This document shows, piece after piece, positions 1-14,460 of a DNA stretch of 64,000 bases. Positions within the stretch are counted from its first letter, which is position 1. Each line of letters opens with the position of its first letter. Position numbers and translations under genes: made by a program. The notes under the pieces are model-generated. The model saw only the letters and a list, made by a program, of their open reading frames with translations, was not told the origin of the DNA and made no database searches. The DNA comes from Geosiphon pyriformis uo1 (Eukaryota; Fungi; Glomeromycota): NCBI GenBank assembly GCA_016748015.1, contig JAAOMT010000003.1, positions 1,549,365-1,613,364 on the forward strand, in the 5' to 3' direction.

Positions 1-829
1 TAGTTAGGACTATAACCCTATCAAAAAGAAATGACAGATTAGAAAGGAAAGTCAAAACACAACTAAGCTTCCCAAAATAACATTAATAAGCAAACGCTTT
101 GCAGTTAATAACTCTGACACTTGGAAGAATCAAAGTAATCATTTATTAAATCATCATAAATAAAGAAATTATTGCAAATAACCAATTTTTCATCTATTTC
201 AGACTATTTTATAATTAAATTTCAAGTGTTTACTGATTTCTACAACTTTATTAGTACTTAGATAATTTGAGTTTTCAGATCTGAAAAGAGGGGCTTAAAT
301 CAAAAAAAATTTCCCTATTAAAATAATAATATATACTTTTATATCTTTGATAGCATCTTGTGTCTCTTTGGAATTAAGTCTTTTTTTATGGAAAATTTCA
401 TTCAATTTACAGTTATTTGAGAGCAGCAATAGCTTTTTTTTGAATCATTTCCTGAATACATTTAGGTGTATGCTTTTCACCAATTGTAGTGCTCTTTCCT
501 TTAAACACTTCAAATTGCACGAGATTCAGATATTTAATATTATTTCAAGGTCTTTCTCTGAAATAATTTCCCATGAATTTGATAGCAAAACTGTAAATAT
601 TCCTGTGCATGGTATGACGCGACGAGTTCCAAATTTCGGGCGCTAAGTAGTGAATAACACCATGTATATTATTGGGCTGGAAAGAATAATTGGCAGGATG
701 ACAGAGTCTAAGGTCAGTAATGACAACTTTTAAGGCACTTGATTTTAAAAAGAGATGTATTGACAGAATTTAAGTTTCTATGCACTTTTTCCACTAGTTT
801 ATGTTTGAAAAATTGTGAATATTCACAAC

Positions 830-1513
830 ATTTAGACCAAAGGGGACCTTTTAATATACTATAGCATTCTGAACATTTCGGCAACCTCCGCTTTAAAAAT
901 ATTACACTTTTATTACAAAACGAACCTTTAGGTGATCCATTAATGATTTTACAAAATTTTCCACATTTCAGCTACTTAAATTCATCTGAAAACTGGTTAA
1001 AGAAAGCTTCAAAATCTAAAAATTCTCCTTTGGAATTATCTAGACATTTAAAACCTCAATTTTGCAATTATAAAATAAAACGCTCCAGGTTATCCTAATT
1101 AAAATTAGGAAAATTCCTTTTAAGAACTTAATTTATTTACATAGGCTTTTAGATAGAGTTTAAATCTTTTTCTGAATCTCTTGCTGTTCCCATCCTTTTT
1201 TATATAACAAAATCCAAGATTTGATTGTGTTTTTGTGTTACCCGCCTCTGCTGCTTTTGAATAGAATTCAAAAGTTTTTCCTCATTTTGACGTCATTCTC
1301 CATTATTACAACAAATAACAAGATTTTTATTGTGCATAAATTTCTTGCTTTTGCTACTTTTAAATAGCGTTTAAATGCTTTTTCTTCATTTTTTTTGATT
1401 GCGCTTAAGATCCTTTTTGAAAAAATATCTAAACTTTCTTTGATAGCAATGAAGTTTCCTTTAAGAAAATTGGGAGATAAAATTGCGTTTTCACTTGATG
1501 AAGTAAACGACAT
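830..1513 (-). pseudogene. Frameshifted Sel1-repeat (possibly Sel1 + kinase) pseudogene
   Basis: Minus strand gives Sel1-like pieces across frameshifts: KKNEEKAFKRYLKVAKARN, NEEKTFEFYSKAAEAGNTK, QSNLGFCYIKRMGTARDSEK, FKLYLKAY; further on a kinase subdomain II-like LKCLDNS. Boundaries approximate. Confidence 0.6.
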
Positions 1514-2153
1514 GATTTTCAAACAAGGCAAAGGATTATTGAACTTCAAATAACTTGTATAGGGAAAGAAGGATTTCTATATTAATTCAATCTAAATCAC
1601 ATTTCTGAAAAAGGCTAAGACTTGCAACGTTAGAATATGAAAAAAAACTTTGAAAATAGGCAGTTCCCGGATTTGATATTTTTTTAACGGATAGAGGATT
1701 ATTTTAAAATATAGCCTCTTATCAAAAAAATTCATTTTTTAATGATAAATTAGCTGTCACTTTGAAAGACAATATAAATAAAATCTTGAAACATATCTGT
1801 TGTTATTATTATCATATTCCTGTAGAACTGAGCTTTATCTAAATTGGGCCGCAACAATCTTAATAATTTAACCCCGAGATCTACAACGTTACAAAGAAAC
1901 AATACTTAACAAAAATAGACCATCTTCTCATTGTCTCTTCAGCACACAATGCGGGGTATTACTGACAAATTGGCAGAACTCGGATCATGTACCACCTTTT
2001 CTTTGTTTTGTGCCTATTTAGGGATCAATGAGAAGTTTTCTATAAATATAATTGATTTTTTAGATTCAAAAAATAACAAAAAAACCATCTAATTTCAATA
2101 ATAATATCAAAAAATCCATTAAATTTCAAAATAAAGAATCATCGAATTTCAAA

Positions 2154-3053
2154 ATGATTTCAAATCTCCATCCAGAAAATTATATCAATGGTCCATTCAA
2201 CCAGATCGCAAAAAGTTTCCTTGAGTCAATCGATCGTGGAGAGATTTATTGTGATATCGCGCTCGATATCCAAAACAATCTTAAAAGTCACAACCTTTCC
2301 CTGGAATATCTAATTGAAAAACTCACGATTAGAACACAGTACGTTCGACAGTTTAGATGCCTCCTAGGATTCTGTCATCAGTATATCAAGGAATGTTTTG
2401 ATCCGATAAAAGCATTTGAAGCTTACGAAATTTCCTCCGATAGTGGTTACTCGTATGGCCATTTATTCCTTGGAATCTGTTTCGAGACTGAATTTGGCGT
2501 GGAAAAAAATCTAGAAAGAGCTTTCGAATTGTACCGGATTTCTGCGAATGATGGTAATGGACATTCCCAATATCGGCTTGCAAGGTGTTATCAGCGTGAA
2601 ATAGGAACTATTGTTGATATGGAAAAATCATTAGAATGGTTTCTTAGATCAGCTGAATCTGGTCACTTAGGTGCCCAAAATAACGTCGGATGCTTTTACA
2701 AATCAGGGTTAGGTACTCAGCGAGATCTTGTCAAAGCTTTCTATTGGTATCAAACAGCAGCCAGGGCTGGTCTTCCCTGTGCTCAATTTAATTTGGCCGA
2801 GTGCTTTCGAGAGGCACAGGGTACAAAAAAGGATGATAAACGAGCATTATATTGGTACAAGAAAGCTGCAGCGGGTGATGATCTTAATGCCAAGATTCAG
2901 CTGGCTAATCTTGACAAAGAACAGGTCATCAAAAAGGAGGAGAAATATGCACCAAACGGTTATTTGAGCTCGGCAAGTTGTGATCCTCAGGCTCAGTTTG
3001 CTCCAAAGGAAATGTACAAAAATCGAAAACCTGTTGTAGATCACAAACGGTAA
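2154..3053 (+). CDS. Sel1-like repeat (HCP-like) protein, 299 aa, intronless
   Basis: About five tandem ~36-aa Sel1 repeats, e.g. SQYRLARCYQREIGTIVDMEKSLEWFLRSAESG, AQNNVGCFYKSGLGTQRDLVKAFYWYQTAARAG, AQFNLAECFREAQGTKKDDKRALYWYKKAAAG; TATAAA at 2041. Confidence 0.93.
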   Translation: MISNLHPENYINGPFNQIAKSFLESIDRGEIYCDIALDIQNNLKSHNLSLEYLIEKLTIRTQYVRQFRCLLGFCHQYIKECFDPIKAFEAYEISSDSGYSYGHLFLGICFETEFGVEKNLERAFELYRISANDGNGHSQYRLARCYQREIGTIVDMEKSLEWFLRSAESGHLGAQNNVGCFYKSGLGTQRDLVKAFYWYQTAARAGLPCAQFNLAECFREAQGTKKDDKRALYWYKKAAAGDDLNAKIQLANLDKEQVIKKEEKYAPNGYLSSASCDPQAQFAPKEMYKNRKPVVDHKR

Positions 3054-3819
3054 TTCCCGTTAACCCGAAGTTGAATTAACTGTACGGTTGCCCACAGAAG
3101 AAACTGAACACGAAAAAAAATGACGAAATTCGAATGTCTCGCCAAAAATTAATAATATACATTGGTTAAAATGACAAATATTACTTTTCTTCAAATACAA
3201 CAACTCATTTGCAAAATCACCTGCAAATTTTAGCTCATAAACTATTAATAATTTGTATTTCGCACAATATTTAAAAATAAGATTTTAAAATAATCATTAG
3301 TTATCATTAGTTATAGCAAATCAAATTTTTGATAATTTTTTTTAACATTATGAATGTAATTACTTTTATTGTACAAACTTAATTTTTACAGCTTAAACAA
3401 AAACAAAAATTCTCTCTTTTTTTTATAATAGTCAATACTTTTATTATTTAATGATAATACTATACAATGTAATAGTTTTTTGAAAAAAGATAACCTACAA
3501 AATATATTTTAGGTTTTTATTTCAAAAATGTGCAATTGCGCGCATAATAAATAAGAAATTGAATTTTGACACTCTTACAAAAAGCATTATTTTTATCTAT
3601 AGGTTGGGATATTAAATTAACTGATAACAGGAGTTAAAAAATTTAAATTTAACTAGAAAAATTACAACAAGAAAGCAAGTTGAATGTAAAAGTAATTTGA
3701 TTAATAAACTTCTTTTTGCCAGTTAAATTTTTCTAAATGCACGGAATTTCAAAAATCTCGAAACTACTATGTTCACATTTCAGATTTTATTAATCTCAAT
3801 TGTTTTTCTCTTTTAACAT

Positions 3820-4300
3820 ATCATTGGTTTCGAGGTTCTCACAATGTTTCATATTTTTTCAAAATATGGGCCATAACGAAGGTCATTTAGTTTCCCGAAA
3901 TACTTTGAATCTCTTCTTATCATTTTCTTAAAATATATAATTTTTCGAGATTTATACCGGATGTTCGTTCAATATGTGGCTGTTATAGCATTCATATACA
4001 AGTGAGTAGGTGCTTGCTGGCCATTCACAATATTTTTCCTAGGAAATTAACTCTGTGCGTGTAAATTTATGACTGAATGAAAATGAACGAGAATTTTTGG
4101 GGGTTCCAAAAATCGATTTTAATAGAATTTAAATTGATTCCCATTTGATAACAGAAAACAAAATTATATTCCAATTTATAGTGAATTTGATAACAGCTCA
4201 AATGCTTTTTCCAAATTTTGATTGGTTATCTATATGAGGGTCTATCCCCAAGTGAAAACTTTCTCTGAAACTCCATAAATGAATAAATACATTCTACAAT
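3820..4300 (-). pseudogene. Heavily deleted class-3 lipase-like pseudogene (3' half)
   Basis: Family motifs in the expected order on minus: IFGTPKI (cf. TFGQP), YCEWPASTYSLVYECYNSHILNEHP followed by a GTATAA donor-like site, then RYGPYFEK/MKHCE (cf. HxGPYFxxxMGxC of the intact paralogues). Confidence 0.5.
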
Positions 4301-4497
4301 TTTATATTTGCGATAAATCTCTATGATCACGCTCCTGTTGAGAGCTGATAACAGATCAAATTTTTGGCAATTGTAACGAAAATTTGGGACGTACTCTAAG
4401 TACCAAAAGTCACGCCCAATTTTTTATTAAAACAAAATTTGAATATATATTTAATTTATTCTATTTATTAATTATAAACCTGATTTTTTTAGAATAA

Positions 4498-5440
4498 TTA
4501 ATATTTTATTGACTCTCCCTCTGCATCTAATACTGCTTCAATTCTTCGTGGCATTGAATCACAACTGTTTGGAGAACTGATACATCAAATTTTCACCATC
4601 CTAGTCTTAAAGCAGTTTTGAGTTCTTCTATAGTTCTTGGAAAGTTTTATGCTTTCGAATATTGTCCTTTAACAACTTCCATCTATTTTAAATAGGGTTA
4701 AGGTCCGGAGAACTTGCTGGCCAATCCAAGGTTTTGATTTTTTTTGTTCTTCAACCAATTTTTGACATCTTTTGCAGTGTGAATTGGTGCGTTGCCTTGT
4801 TAAAATGTTATACTTTTTCCAACCAATGGATGTGCTGCATTATAAAATGATATAAGATTATTTTCCAAGATTTTTAAATAGGTTTTTGCTGTAATTTTTT
4901 CATTTTTTTTTATGTTCATCACACAATACTAATCGATTTTTGATTTCTCCCATAAAACATCTCCAAATCATTAATGATTGTTTACCACTTTTAAAACTTG
5001 GTGCTAAATATTCAGCAATATATTTCTTACCTGTATTACACCATACATTGACTTTTTAAGATTGTTTTCCAATTTCTATACTTATTTCATCAGAAAAAAT
5101 GATTTGTTGCCAATTACTTGTAGTTTTATTGTTTTCTGACATGAAGAGCTTCTTTACTGCTATATAAAATTGAATTTCAGAGTTGCGAAATATTCTAACA
5201 GCGGTTGTTAAACTGCAATCCAATCATAAGTCATTAGTAACTTGTTTTGATAATAAAGTTTTTTTGTGTTTGGTAGAACTTGTGACTGTACAGATTGTGT
5301 TAAGTTTTCTATTTTCTCAATCTCCTTATACTTGGCAATAAATTATCGTATTGTGGTATGGCTATAGTTTATAGTTCTTGGAATTCATTAGGCATTCATA
5401 TTATCCATGTATGCTCGTATATTTTTTCAATAACATTAGT
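4498..5440 (-). mobile_element. Tc1/mariner (DDE_3-type) transposase relic, with stops and frameshifts
   Basis: Minus translation: WQQIIFSDEISIEIG, LAPSFKSGKQSLMIW, ITF*QGNAPIHTAK, LDWPASSPDLNPI, DSMPRRIEAVLDAEGESIKY*; HTH-like remnant near 5300-5430. Confidence 0.92.
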
Positions 5441-5449
5441 TAATTAAAG

Positions 5450-8400
5450 TGAGTAGTTACTATATTTTGCAATAATATTTCTATAATATGTTTATATAAA
5501 ATTATGAAAGTAAACATTAAAAACAATTATTAATATAGAAATATTTTAAAAATGGTTATAATTTATAAATATGTTTAAATGCAAAATATTTAGCTATAAT
5601 TGTTAATAACAAAAACAAATTAAATTATTGATTTTAACAACAAAAATTAAAAAAGAAAATTTTTTAATAACATTAATAATATTTTATTGGTTGATTTTTT
5701 TGTTAATTAATAAAATCAAATAATAATTAATATATTAATAATAAGAACTAATTAAAGCTTGGTGAGTTAATAATTAAATTTATGACTTCACAAAAAAATA
5801 ATACAAAAATCAATAAAGATGAAAAATAATTTATTTAAATTACTTAGTACAGAAAATTACAAAAATAAGATATTTAACAATATAAATTTTGTATAAATAA
5901 ATTGTAATATTACAAATAAAATTGAAAATGTAAATAATGGTTTTTTTATTGGTGTTTTTCATATTATAAATTAATTTATATTTTATAAATTAATTAATTA
6001 ATACCAATTAACAATTAATTATTTGATTTCGATGTTGAAAAAGCATTATTAAATTAAGAAAACATCGTAATTACATTATTGTCCCAATTTTTATTAAACA
6101 ATAAATTTAAATCTTTTTAATTAATTATTTCAAAACATTAGACTTTATGTATAATTTTTTAAACCTAGATAATAAAGCGAAACTTTATGTGTTACTATTA
6201 TATTTATAAATTTTTATTTAACCACTTTATTAGATTGATTAATACAGTATTTTTAATTTTATTTAATCTTTTTTTACTATTATTATCCAGACTTGTTTAT
6301 AATGCAAATTTCCAAACATTTTAATTAAATCAGCAAATCAATTTTAAAAACAAACTTTTTAACCAAAATATATAAGTTGATATATTAATATTAATATTAA
6401 TAATCAATATAAAATATATAAGTTTTGTGAAATTAATAAATGCTAAATTTACATTTGCTCAAAAATTTTGAAATTATATAAAAAAGAAAATAATATATTT
6501 TTTCGCTCAGAAATATTTTTACAAGTTAATTTTAACTTTTATTATTTTCTAATATAACACTCATTTTTTTGGTTTGCTTTCTTACTTGTAATTAATATTT
6601 AATAATAATAACAAAATTATTAATATTAAATAAAAGAGTTTATTAAAAATTAATTATCTACATAACTTTTTTAAACTAAACATTATTCCAAATCAGAATA
6701 ATATGCAATAAAATTGGTCAAAAAATATTTTAAACAAGAAAGCAAATTAAATAAGTAAGTATTTCAATTAATGTAATTAGGTTTATAAAATTATAGTTGC
6801 TGAATTTTTTTAAGTTGAGAAATAGTTTGTAACTATTAAAAAAAATAATATAGTCATTATAATTCTATGGCTTAATTAGAATTTTTAGATTCAATAACAG
6901 ATAGTACTCGTTTTTCAATAATTGTTTATTTAAAAATATTTTTATTAAAGTTAACAATAATACGAATCAAAAAAGGGAAAAAATTGCAATTTTTTATTTT
7001 AAATATTCAAATTTAGTATAAATTAAAATAAATTGAATGATTAATATTTAAATAATTAGATACTTTTTTATAACTTAAGAAAACTTATTTATGTATTTTT
7101 TGAAAAAAATTATTAATTAATTAACAATTAAATTAACAATTTAGCCAATAATTAAATTTATAATTAGGTTAATAATTAATTTTAAAAATAAAATAAATAA
7201 AATATGTAATATTATTATAGTTGAATATTTTAGTTTTTAGTTTTTTCTAATATTTAATTTTATTTTATTATCTATATTAGCTATTAAGTCATTTAAATTA
7301 ACCATTCTATTTTTATGATTAATTATTAATATTGTTATAGATCATAATAACACGCTAACAAATAGCAATGAAAAACAAATATTGTGTAATAAAAAAATAA
7401 TTAAAGAGTAAACTCAACTTAAGAAATAAATTAAATTTGTAAAAATTCAATATGCAAAATAAATTTTATAAATATCTTAATTACAATTTTTTCCAAAAGT
7501 AACAAAATAAAAAAATAATTTGTACTATTAACAAAATAATACATTTATAATTATATATTATGTTAAAATTTATATAATTTAATAAAATATATTATTTGAA
7601 CTTTTTAGCACATATTTATTCAATATGTCCTACAATAATTAATAATATACAAATCAAAAAAATAAAGATTAAAGATATAAGTAAATTAAAATTGTGGTAT
7701 TAATTTGTAATTAAAAAATAATTCTAGTTTGAAATAAATTTTAGTTTTAAGAAGTTTTACTTACATATTCTAAAGAAAATGAATTATAAAATTAGTAATT
7801 ATATTAATAATTTAGTTAAAAATTAGACCAATAATTAAATTAATAATCAAGTTAACAATTAAGTTAATAATCAAATTATTAATTAAGTTAATAATTATAT
7901 TAATAACTTATTTTAAAAGTAGAATAGTAATACAAATAACATTAATAACTAATATATATAACTAAATATAATTAAATAATTAATATAAATAAAACTAAAA
8001 GATTTAATCACAATATTATTAATTTAAAAATATTAAATTCTAGTAAAATAAAATTATCTAAGAAAATTTTTAGCATATTTATTTTAAAACTTAAAATTTT
8101 TGGATAAAAAAGTGTATAATAACTGTAATAATATTAACTTTAAATTTAAAAAACCAAATCTTTATATAAGTATGTTGACTTTTTTTACAATAATCTAAAT
8201 TTTTAGAATATTTTACTATATAATATTTAAGACTTTTATTTGAATTTCTAAAGTTGTTTTCTTTAAAAATTTTATATTTTCTATAATTTTACTAAGTTAT
8301 TTATAATGTTTAAGTTATTTTTATAAAATAAATTTTAGTTAATAAACAAATTTTTTTATTGTTTTTTTAAATATATTAAAAGAAAAAATAATTTAGCAGT

Positions 8401-11400
8401 TATGTATTTAAATATAAATTTATTTATTCTACTGCCAATTTTTTGGGTTTATAACAAAATATACTTTAATTTTGTTTTTAATTTTAATTTGTTTTTTTAA
8501 TAATAAGCAAAATATTAAATGATTTTTTGTTTAATATTCATAAAAAATGGAAAGAGTGTTTTGTACAATTTAATTAAAAAATAATTATTTATGTTGAATA
8601 AAAATATGTTTGTTTTAAGACTACAATAATTTTATTTATACATGTTTTGGTGTTTTATTGATTAATATTATAAGTATTCCAACAATAATAATTATTTGAA
8701 TCTTTTGTAATACTTTTTAATTTCTGTATTTTAAACAAATTAATTATTAAATATTGTTATATATTAATTTTACAAAATAAAATTTGGTATTCAATATTTT
8801 GTTTAATAATAAATAATTTTTTATCAACTTAAAAACTTATTGCTAAAAACATTGTTTTGGTTTAAATTGTATTCGAAAACTAATATATTAATACATAAAA
8901 TACAAGATTTTAAAATAATTATAACTTATATATTTTATATATATAACTAGTTATTTAAACCAGTTAAAACTATTTTATGTTATATTAATCATAATACTTA
9001 ATCTATTTTAACATAAAGTTGAGCAACAAAATATAAAGCATCAAAAAAAATTCTAAATTGCTGTTTCAATAAGTGTAAATTAATTGATAATATTTTAGAG
9101 TTATTATGTCAGATATGATTATTACTTTAATTTAATTGTTGCTGTATTATTTCTAAAAAAGTACTAAATGTTACTAGAAATTTTTCTACTTTTTTTTAAT
9201 GTTGTTAATATTATTTTGCTGTTAATTCTGCTGTTAATAGAAGTTGGTAAACCTTTAATAAGTTAATTTTTTTTTAAGTATCTTTTTATATTTTAGACTA
9301 TGTATATTATTGTACTTATAATAGAATAACCAGTTTTATATTAATTATTAGTGTAATTATTTTGCAATAAAAGTCAACTTTTTTACAGAAAAATTTTGTC
9401 TGCAAGCTTTTCAAAAATAATATGTAGTTACTTTGCTGTAAAAATCAACTTTTCTACAAGAAATTTCAATTATAGGCTATCTAATAATATAAAAAAAATA
9501 AAAAAATAAAATAAAAAAATTTTTAAAAAAAGAAATAAGAAATATGTTAATAAAATTATTTCAGATCTAAGTCTGGAAGTTACTAATAGTTACTGAAATT
9601 AGTAGCTAATCAATTTTAGAATAATAGTTTCGAATAGATAAATTTCAAGTGTTTAATACTTAAAAATTTGGTTTTAAAGTTATTTTTATTAAATTGATTT
9701 GTAAAAACTATTGGTTTTAAGATAAGATTGCTTTTAAGAAAAATATTTGGTAGAAGATACATTTTTTCGAAAAGAAAAATTTTTTTTTTATACAACTTGT
9801 TATAATAATATTTTATGATCTAGCATTTTTTTTTAATTTTTTGGCAAACTACAATACATTTTATTAAACTACAAGTTGTTTCTGTAAACTATAGAATATT
9901 TTAGTAAACTGTTAAATATTTTATCAAATTACTAAATATTTCAGCAAATTTTAAATTTTATATAGTTTAGTGTATTATATAATTTGATCATTACAATTTG
10001 GTTATATTTGTGTTTTATACAAATTAGGTTATTAATTGAATAATAATTTGGGTAATTTGATAAGATAATAAATGATATATTAAAACAATAATATATGTTA
10101 ATTAATGATAAAAATTATAAAAATAATTTTAAGCTAACTAATATCTTAAATTTCAGCTGATAATATTACTTACAAATTAGCAACATGTTTTTATTTTAAT
10201 ATAAATAATTGAAAAATTATTTTTTTATTAACTTTGTTTTATTTGGTGTCAAATTTTTTAATATTATTAAACCAATTCTAAAGACTAATTATTAGTTAAA
10301 AAAAATATTATTATGTAAATTATTAATAATAAATTATGAATTATAAGTGAACTTAAATGTATAACAGCTAATTTACCACAAAAAAATGATTTGGTTAGAA
10401 TTAAATAATATAAAACAAATTATAAATATCAAATATATAACCAATTTATTAATTTAACATTTAATTATATTGATAATACATGTTTTTGTTAATATATTAA
10501 TAAATTGTATACTAAATTAAATAAACACTAAACTAAAGTTCTATATATACAATTGGCAATTTATTATAACTTAACTATATTAAGTTTTTTTAATAAATTT
10601 ACTTAGAATTATTATTTGCAAATATTATATGATGTATATTACTTAATATTTAAAAAAACATAAATATTAATAAATTTTATATTTAATTTTTTTAACCAAA
10701 TTAGTGAGAAAACATAAAATATTTATTGACAATATATTAAAAAATCTGTAAAATAAAATTGAATACCAAATTTTTTAATTTATTATTAAAGTTTTACTTT
10801 TAATAATATTTTTCAGTTTTTTATCTTAATATTATTTATTTTAAAACGTTTTTTTAAGCAATCTTATTTGAAAACTGAAGTATTACAAGATTTACATATT
10901 AAGATAAATTACAGATATAATATAAAAGTTATTATACAGATATATTACTTATAGACAATTGAAGAAAACATTTAAGTATATATTTACTACTATAATAACA
11001 GAAAAAATTATTATAAATTGCATAATATTTTATAAATAGAATAATTATTTTTATTACAAGTTATTTATTTATTAATAAATAATAATTATAAAGCTAATTA
11101 TATATTATTTTAAATGTTTTTCAAAAAATTTTCAAGTTTTCCGAATTTATGTATATATATATATTTTATATAACATGTTCACAATTATAATATACTTATT
11201 AATATAATTATAACAGTTAAAAAAATTGTTCATTACAAACACAAAGATTAAGAACCTTAATTAAATTACGAGATTATCAAATTTAATTTAACATGATATA
11301 AAAAACAAAAAAACAATTTAATACTTAATTGATAATTGACAAGATTTTTGTTTTTTTACATCATTAAATAGTTTTTAACAATTTACAACAGATTTTATTT

Positions 11401-14400
11401 CTTCAATTATTTTATGTAAACCACATATTTATAATAAAATAAAAGATTTTAATAAGTATTATTATTTTATATAATATTGTATTATTTTATTTATTGTTAT
11501 AATAATTTTATTTTTTATAAAAATAAACAAAATAATTTATTATAATTCTTATTTTATTAACATTATATTGTACCAATTATGAAACACAAAAGAATTATTA
11601 TATTAAAACTAGTCAAAAAAGCTAATTATTAATCATTTGCTTTTTTATATATTACAAAGTATTATGAGCAAAATTTGAATAATTGTGCTTATTCTTATAT
11701 AATTTTAAATAATAATAATAAAGAGCCAATTTAAGTACAATAATATATTAAAAACATTATGAATATTTATAAAAAATTTAAAAAAGTTGCATATTTACAA
11801 ATTAAAGCTATTTTTTGTTATCAAACAAATTCTAATCAAATTTATGTTTTTTTATTTTTGATTAATTTCAAACAATTAATTTTTTAAATGCTATTTTTTA
11901 ATATTTTTATTATATTATTCAAAATTTTAAAGAAGTGCAATATTTAAATATTTATTCAATAATATTTTTAATTACAATTTTTATGTTTACTTTGTTTATA
12001 CATATAAATTTACATGTTATGCTTTTAAACATAATAAAGCAATATTAAAAATAATTTTTTTATAAATTTTTAAATTTTATAAATAATAAAATAGTAATAT
12101 TATTACAATAAAACAGCAATATTATTATAATATAATAATATTTTAATTATGAGAAATATATGATTTTTTAAAAAGTTTAATAAGATATTTAAAAAATATT
12201 TATAAAATATAAATATTATATAAATATTATATTATTAAAATTAATTAAGTTTTAGCAATATAATTCTATATTTTATATTAGTACTTTTAAAATTCAATAT
12301 TAGATATTAGTTGTATTTTTTAGTAAATATTTATTTAATATACTTTATAAAAATTAACAATTATACAAATCAAAAAAGAAAAAAAAATAGTAAAAAAAAA
12401 ATAAAAAAGTTAATATTATTGTATTAATCTTTTCTTTAAATAAATTTTAATTTAAGTGTGAATAAATTTTTACAGCTTTGAAAAGTTTTATTTATATAAT
12501 TTTAAAAGAGAATCAATGATCAAGTTAATAATTACAGTCAATAATTAAGTCAATAATCAAATTAATAATCAAATTAATAACTAAATTAAAAAGTTTAAAA
12601 TGCAAAATTTATTTAAAAAAGTTCAATATTGTTTTTAATAATTAATTTCAAATTAATAAAATTATATAAAGATTAAAATTTAACTAACTTAATTTTGTAG
12701 TTTTTTGACAAATATTAAAATAAAAATTACTTATTTAAAATTTTTTAATAACTTATAATTATTTTTCAAATATAAATAAAATTAATAATTTTTTCAAATA
12801 ACAAAAAAAAGCTATATTTTTTATTTAATTTGTTTAATCTTAAAATCAAGTAATCATATAAATTAATTGGTTAAAACTAAATATGAAAAAATATTTTTTT
12901 GGTTATTTAAATAATACTACTAATAGCCAAAGACTGCTTTGTATTTTAATTATTTAAGAAATATACTATTAAAAAATACTGTTAGGCTGTTTTTATTTTT
13001 AAAAAAGTTTTTAGAATATTAGAATTATTAAACCAACAGAAAAAAAGAAAGTGCTTTCTTTTTATTTTTTGCTTTGATTGTAATTATAAAAATACAAAGA
13101 AAAAGAGTTTTTTTTAAAAAAATTTAAAATTTGTTATATATATTTTAAAATAAATAAATTAAAAAAAATTTGGTTATATATTATTAGTTAAAAAATTTTT
13201 AAATTTAATTAACAAATAATTAATTTATTGTCAATATATATGTTATTATAATTATTTATAATAAAAGATCAAATTAATTTAAACAAATTTATATATTAAT
13301 TAAAAAACAAAATTATTTAATTTTAAGTTTTTTTAACAAATTTATTATTTATTTTTATTCAAATTTTTATAAAAAATGAACAATTAATTAATTATTTAAA
13401 TTAAAAACAAACAAACAAACAAATAAAAAAAATATTTAACTAAAAATCAAGAAATTTTAATTTTAATTAATCAAGTTATATGTTTTATAATTGTTTTTAT
13501 AAATAGAAAATTTTTAAAAACTTATTTATGTATACGAATAACATATTCAAAAATAATCATTAATTAAAAACTATAAAACATAAAATATTGTGATTGCTGT
13601 TTTATTATATTACTATTTTTAACTTTTAAATTTTTTGTTAATATAAAATTTGCAAAGTTATATAAATATTTTATTTTATTTTTTTATTAAACTTTAAAAT
13701 ATTTGGAGTGTTTACAATTAAATTGAAATTAATTGCTTTTTTTGAAGATTAATAGAAAAAAACTCTTGTTTTTTGATATATTAAGAAGAAAATTATGTTT
13801 TGAATATTTTAAAAAAAATTGGCTGCTATTTTTGGTGCTGGTAATAAAATTGCTTTTTGGTTAGTTTGTTGTTAAATTTTTAAGATTTTTGTTAATAGTT
13901 GTAATGACATTAAAATTATTCTTGGTGTTTTGTTTAAAATCTGTAAAATAAAAAAAATGCTTTCAAAAAACATTTGTTTAATTGTCTTTATTACTAAGAA
14001 ATTTTTCATGGTTGTTGCATTTTCAGATATAATAATAAGAATAATTTAATATGAAAATTAAAAATAATATTTTAAATAGATTATAACAATTTAACCAAAT
14101 ATTTGCTACAGTTTTATAAGATATAGTGATACTATTTCAAGAAAATTGTTTAAAATAATATTAAAAAATAAGAATAAATGTTAACCAGTATAATGATAAA
14201 CTTTTAATAATTTAAGTTGAATATTGATCTATAATATGTGAAGAAATTTTTGATTAAAATTACTCATTATATTTTTCATGTTTCCAAATATAAACTTATT
14301 TGAAATTTAAACTGATTTCATTTTTTGTAATTGGAAATGTTTTTATTACATATAATTTTAATGCTTACAATAATAATAAAAATAATAAAAATAAAAATAA

Positions 14401-14460
14401 TAAAATACTAAAAATAATAAAAATAAAAAAATAATAATAATAATAAAAATAATAATTTTA
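5450..14460. mobile_element. Hyper-AT-rich block of decayed, nested transposable elements
   Basis: About 9 kb with no ORF in the track, almost no CpG, few CC/GG runs, flanked by a Tc1 relic; shares repeat sequence with the block at 32-34.6 kb. Element families not identifiable by eye. Confidence 0.7.
7794..7901 (+). repeat. Degenerate 12-bp tandem array (consensus ~AATAATYAAGTT), about 9 units; sister arrays at 7123-7182 and 12515-12587
   Basis: Units read directly: aataatttagtt aaaaattagacc aataattaaatt aataatcaagtt aacaattaagtt aataatcaaatt attaattaagtt aataattatatt. Confidence 0.75.

Noticed and set aside
600-720. Kelch-like fragment (VPNFGR*VVNNTMYIIG)
   Set aside because: One short interrupted motif; insufficient support.
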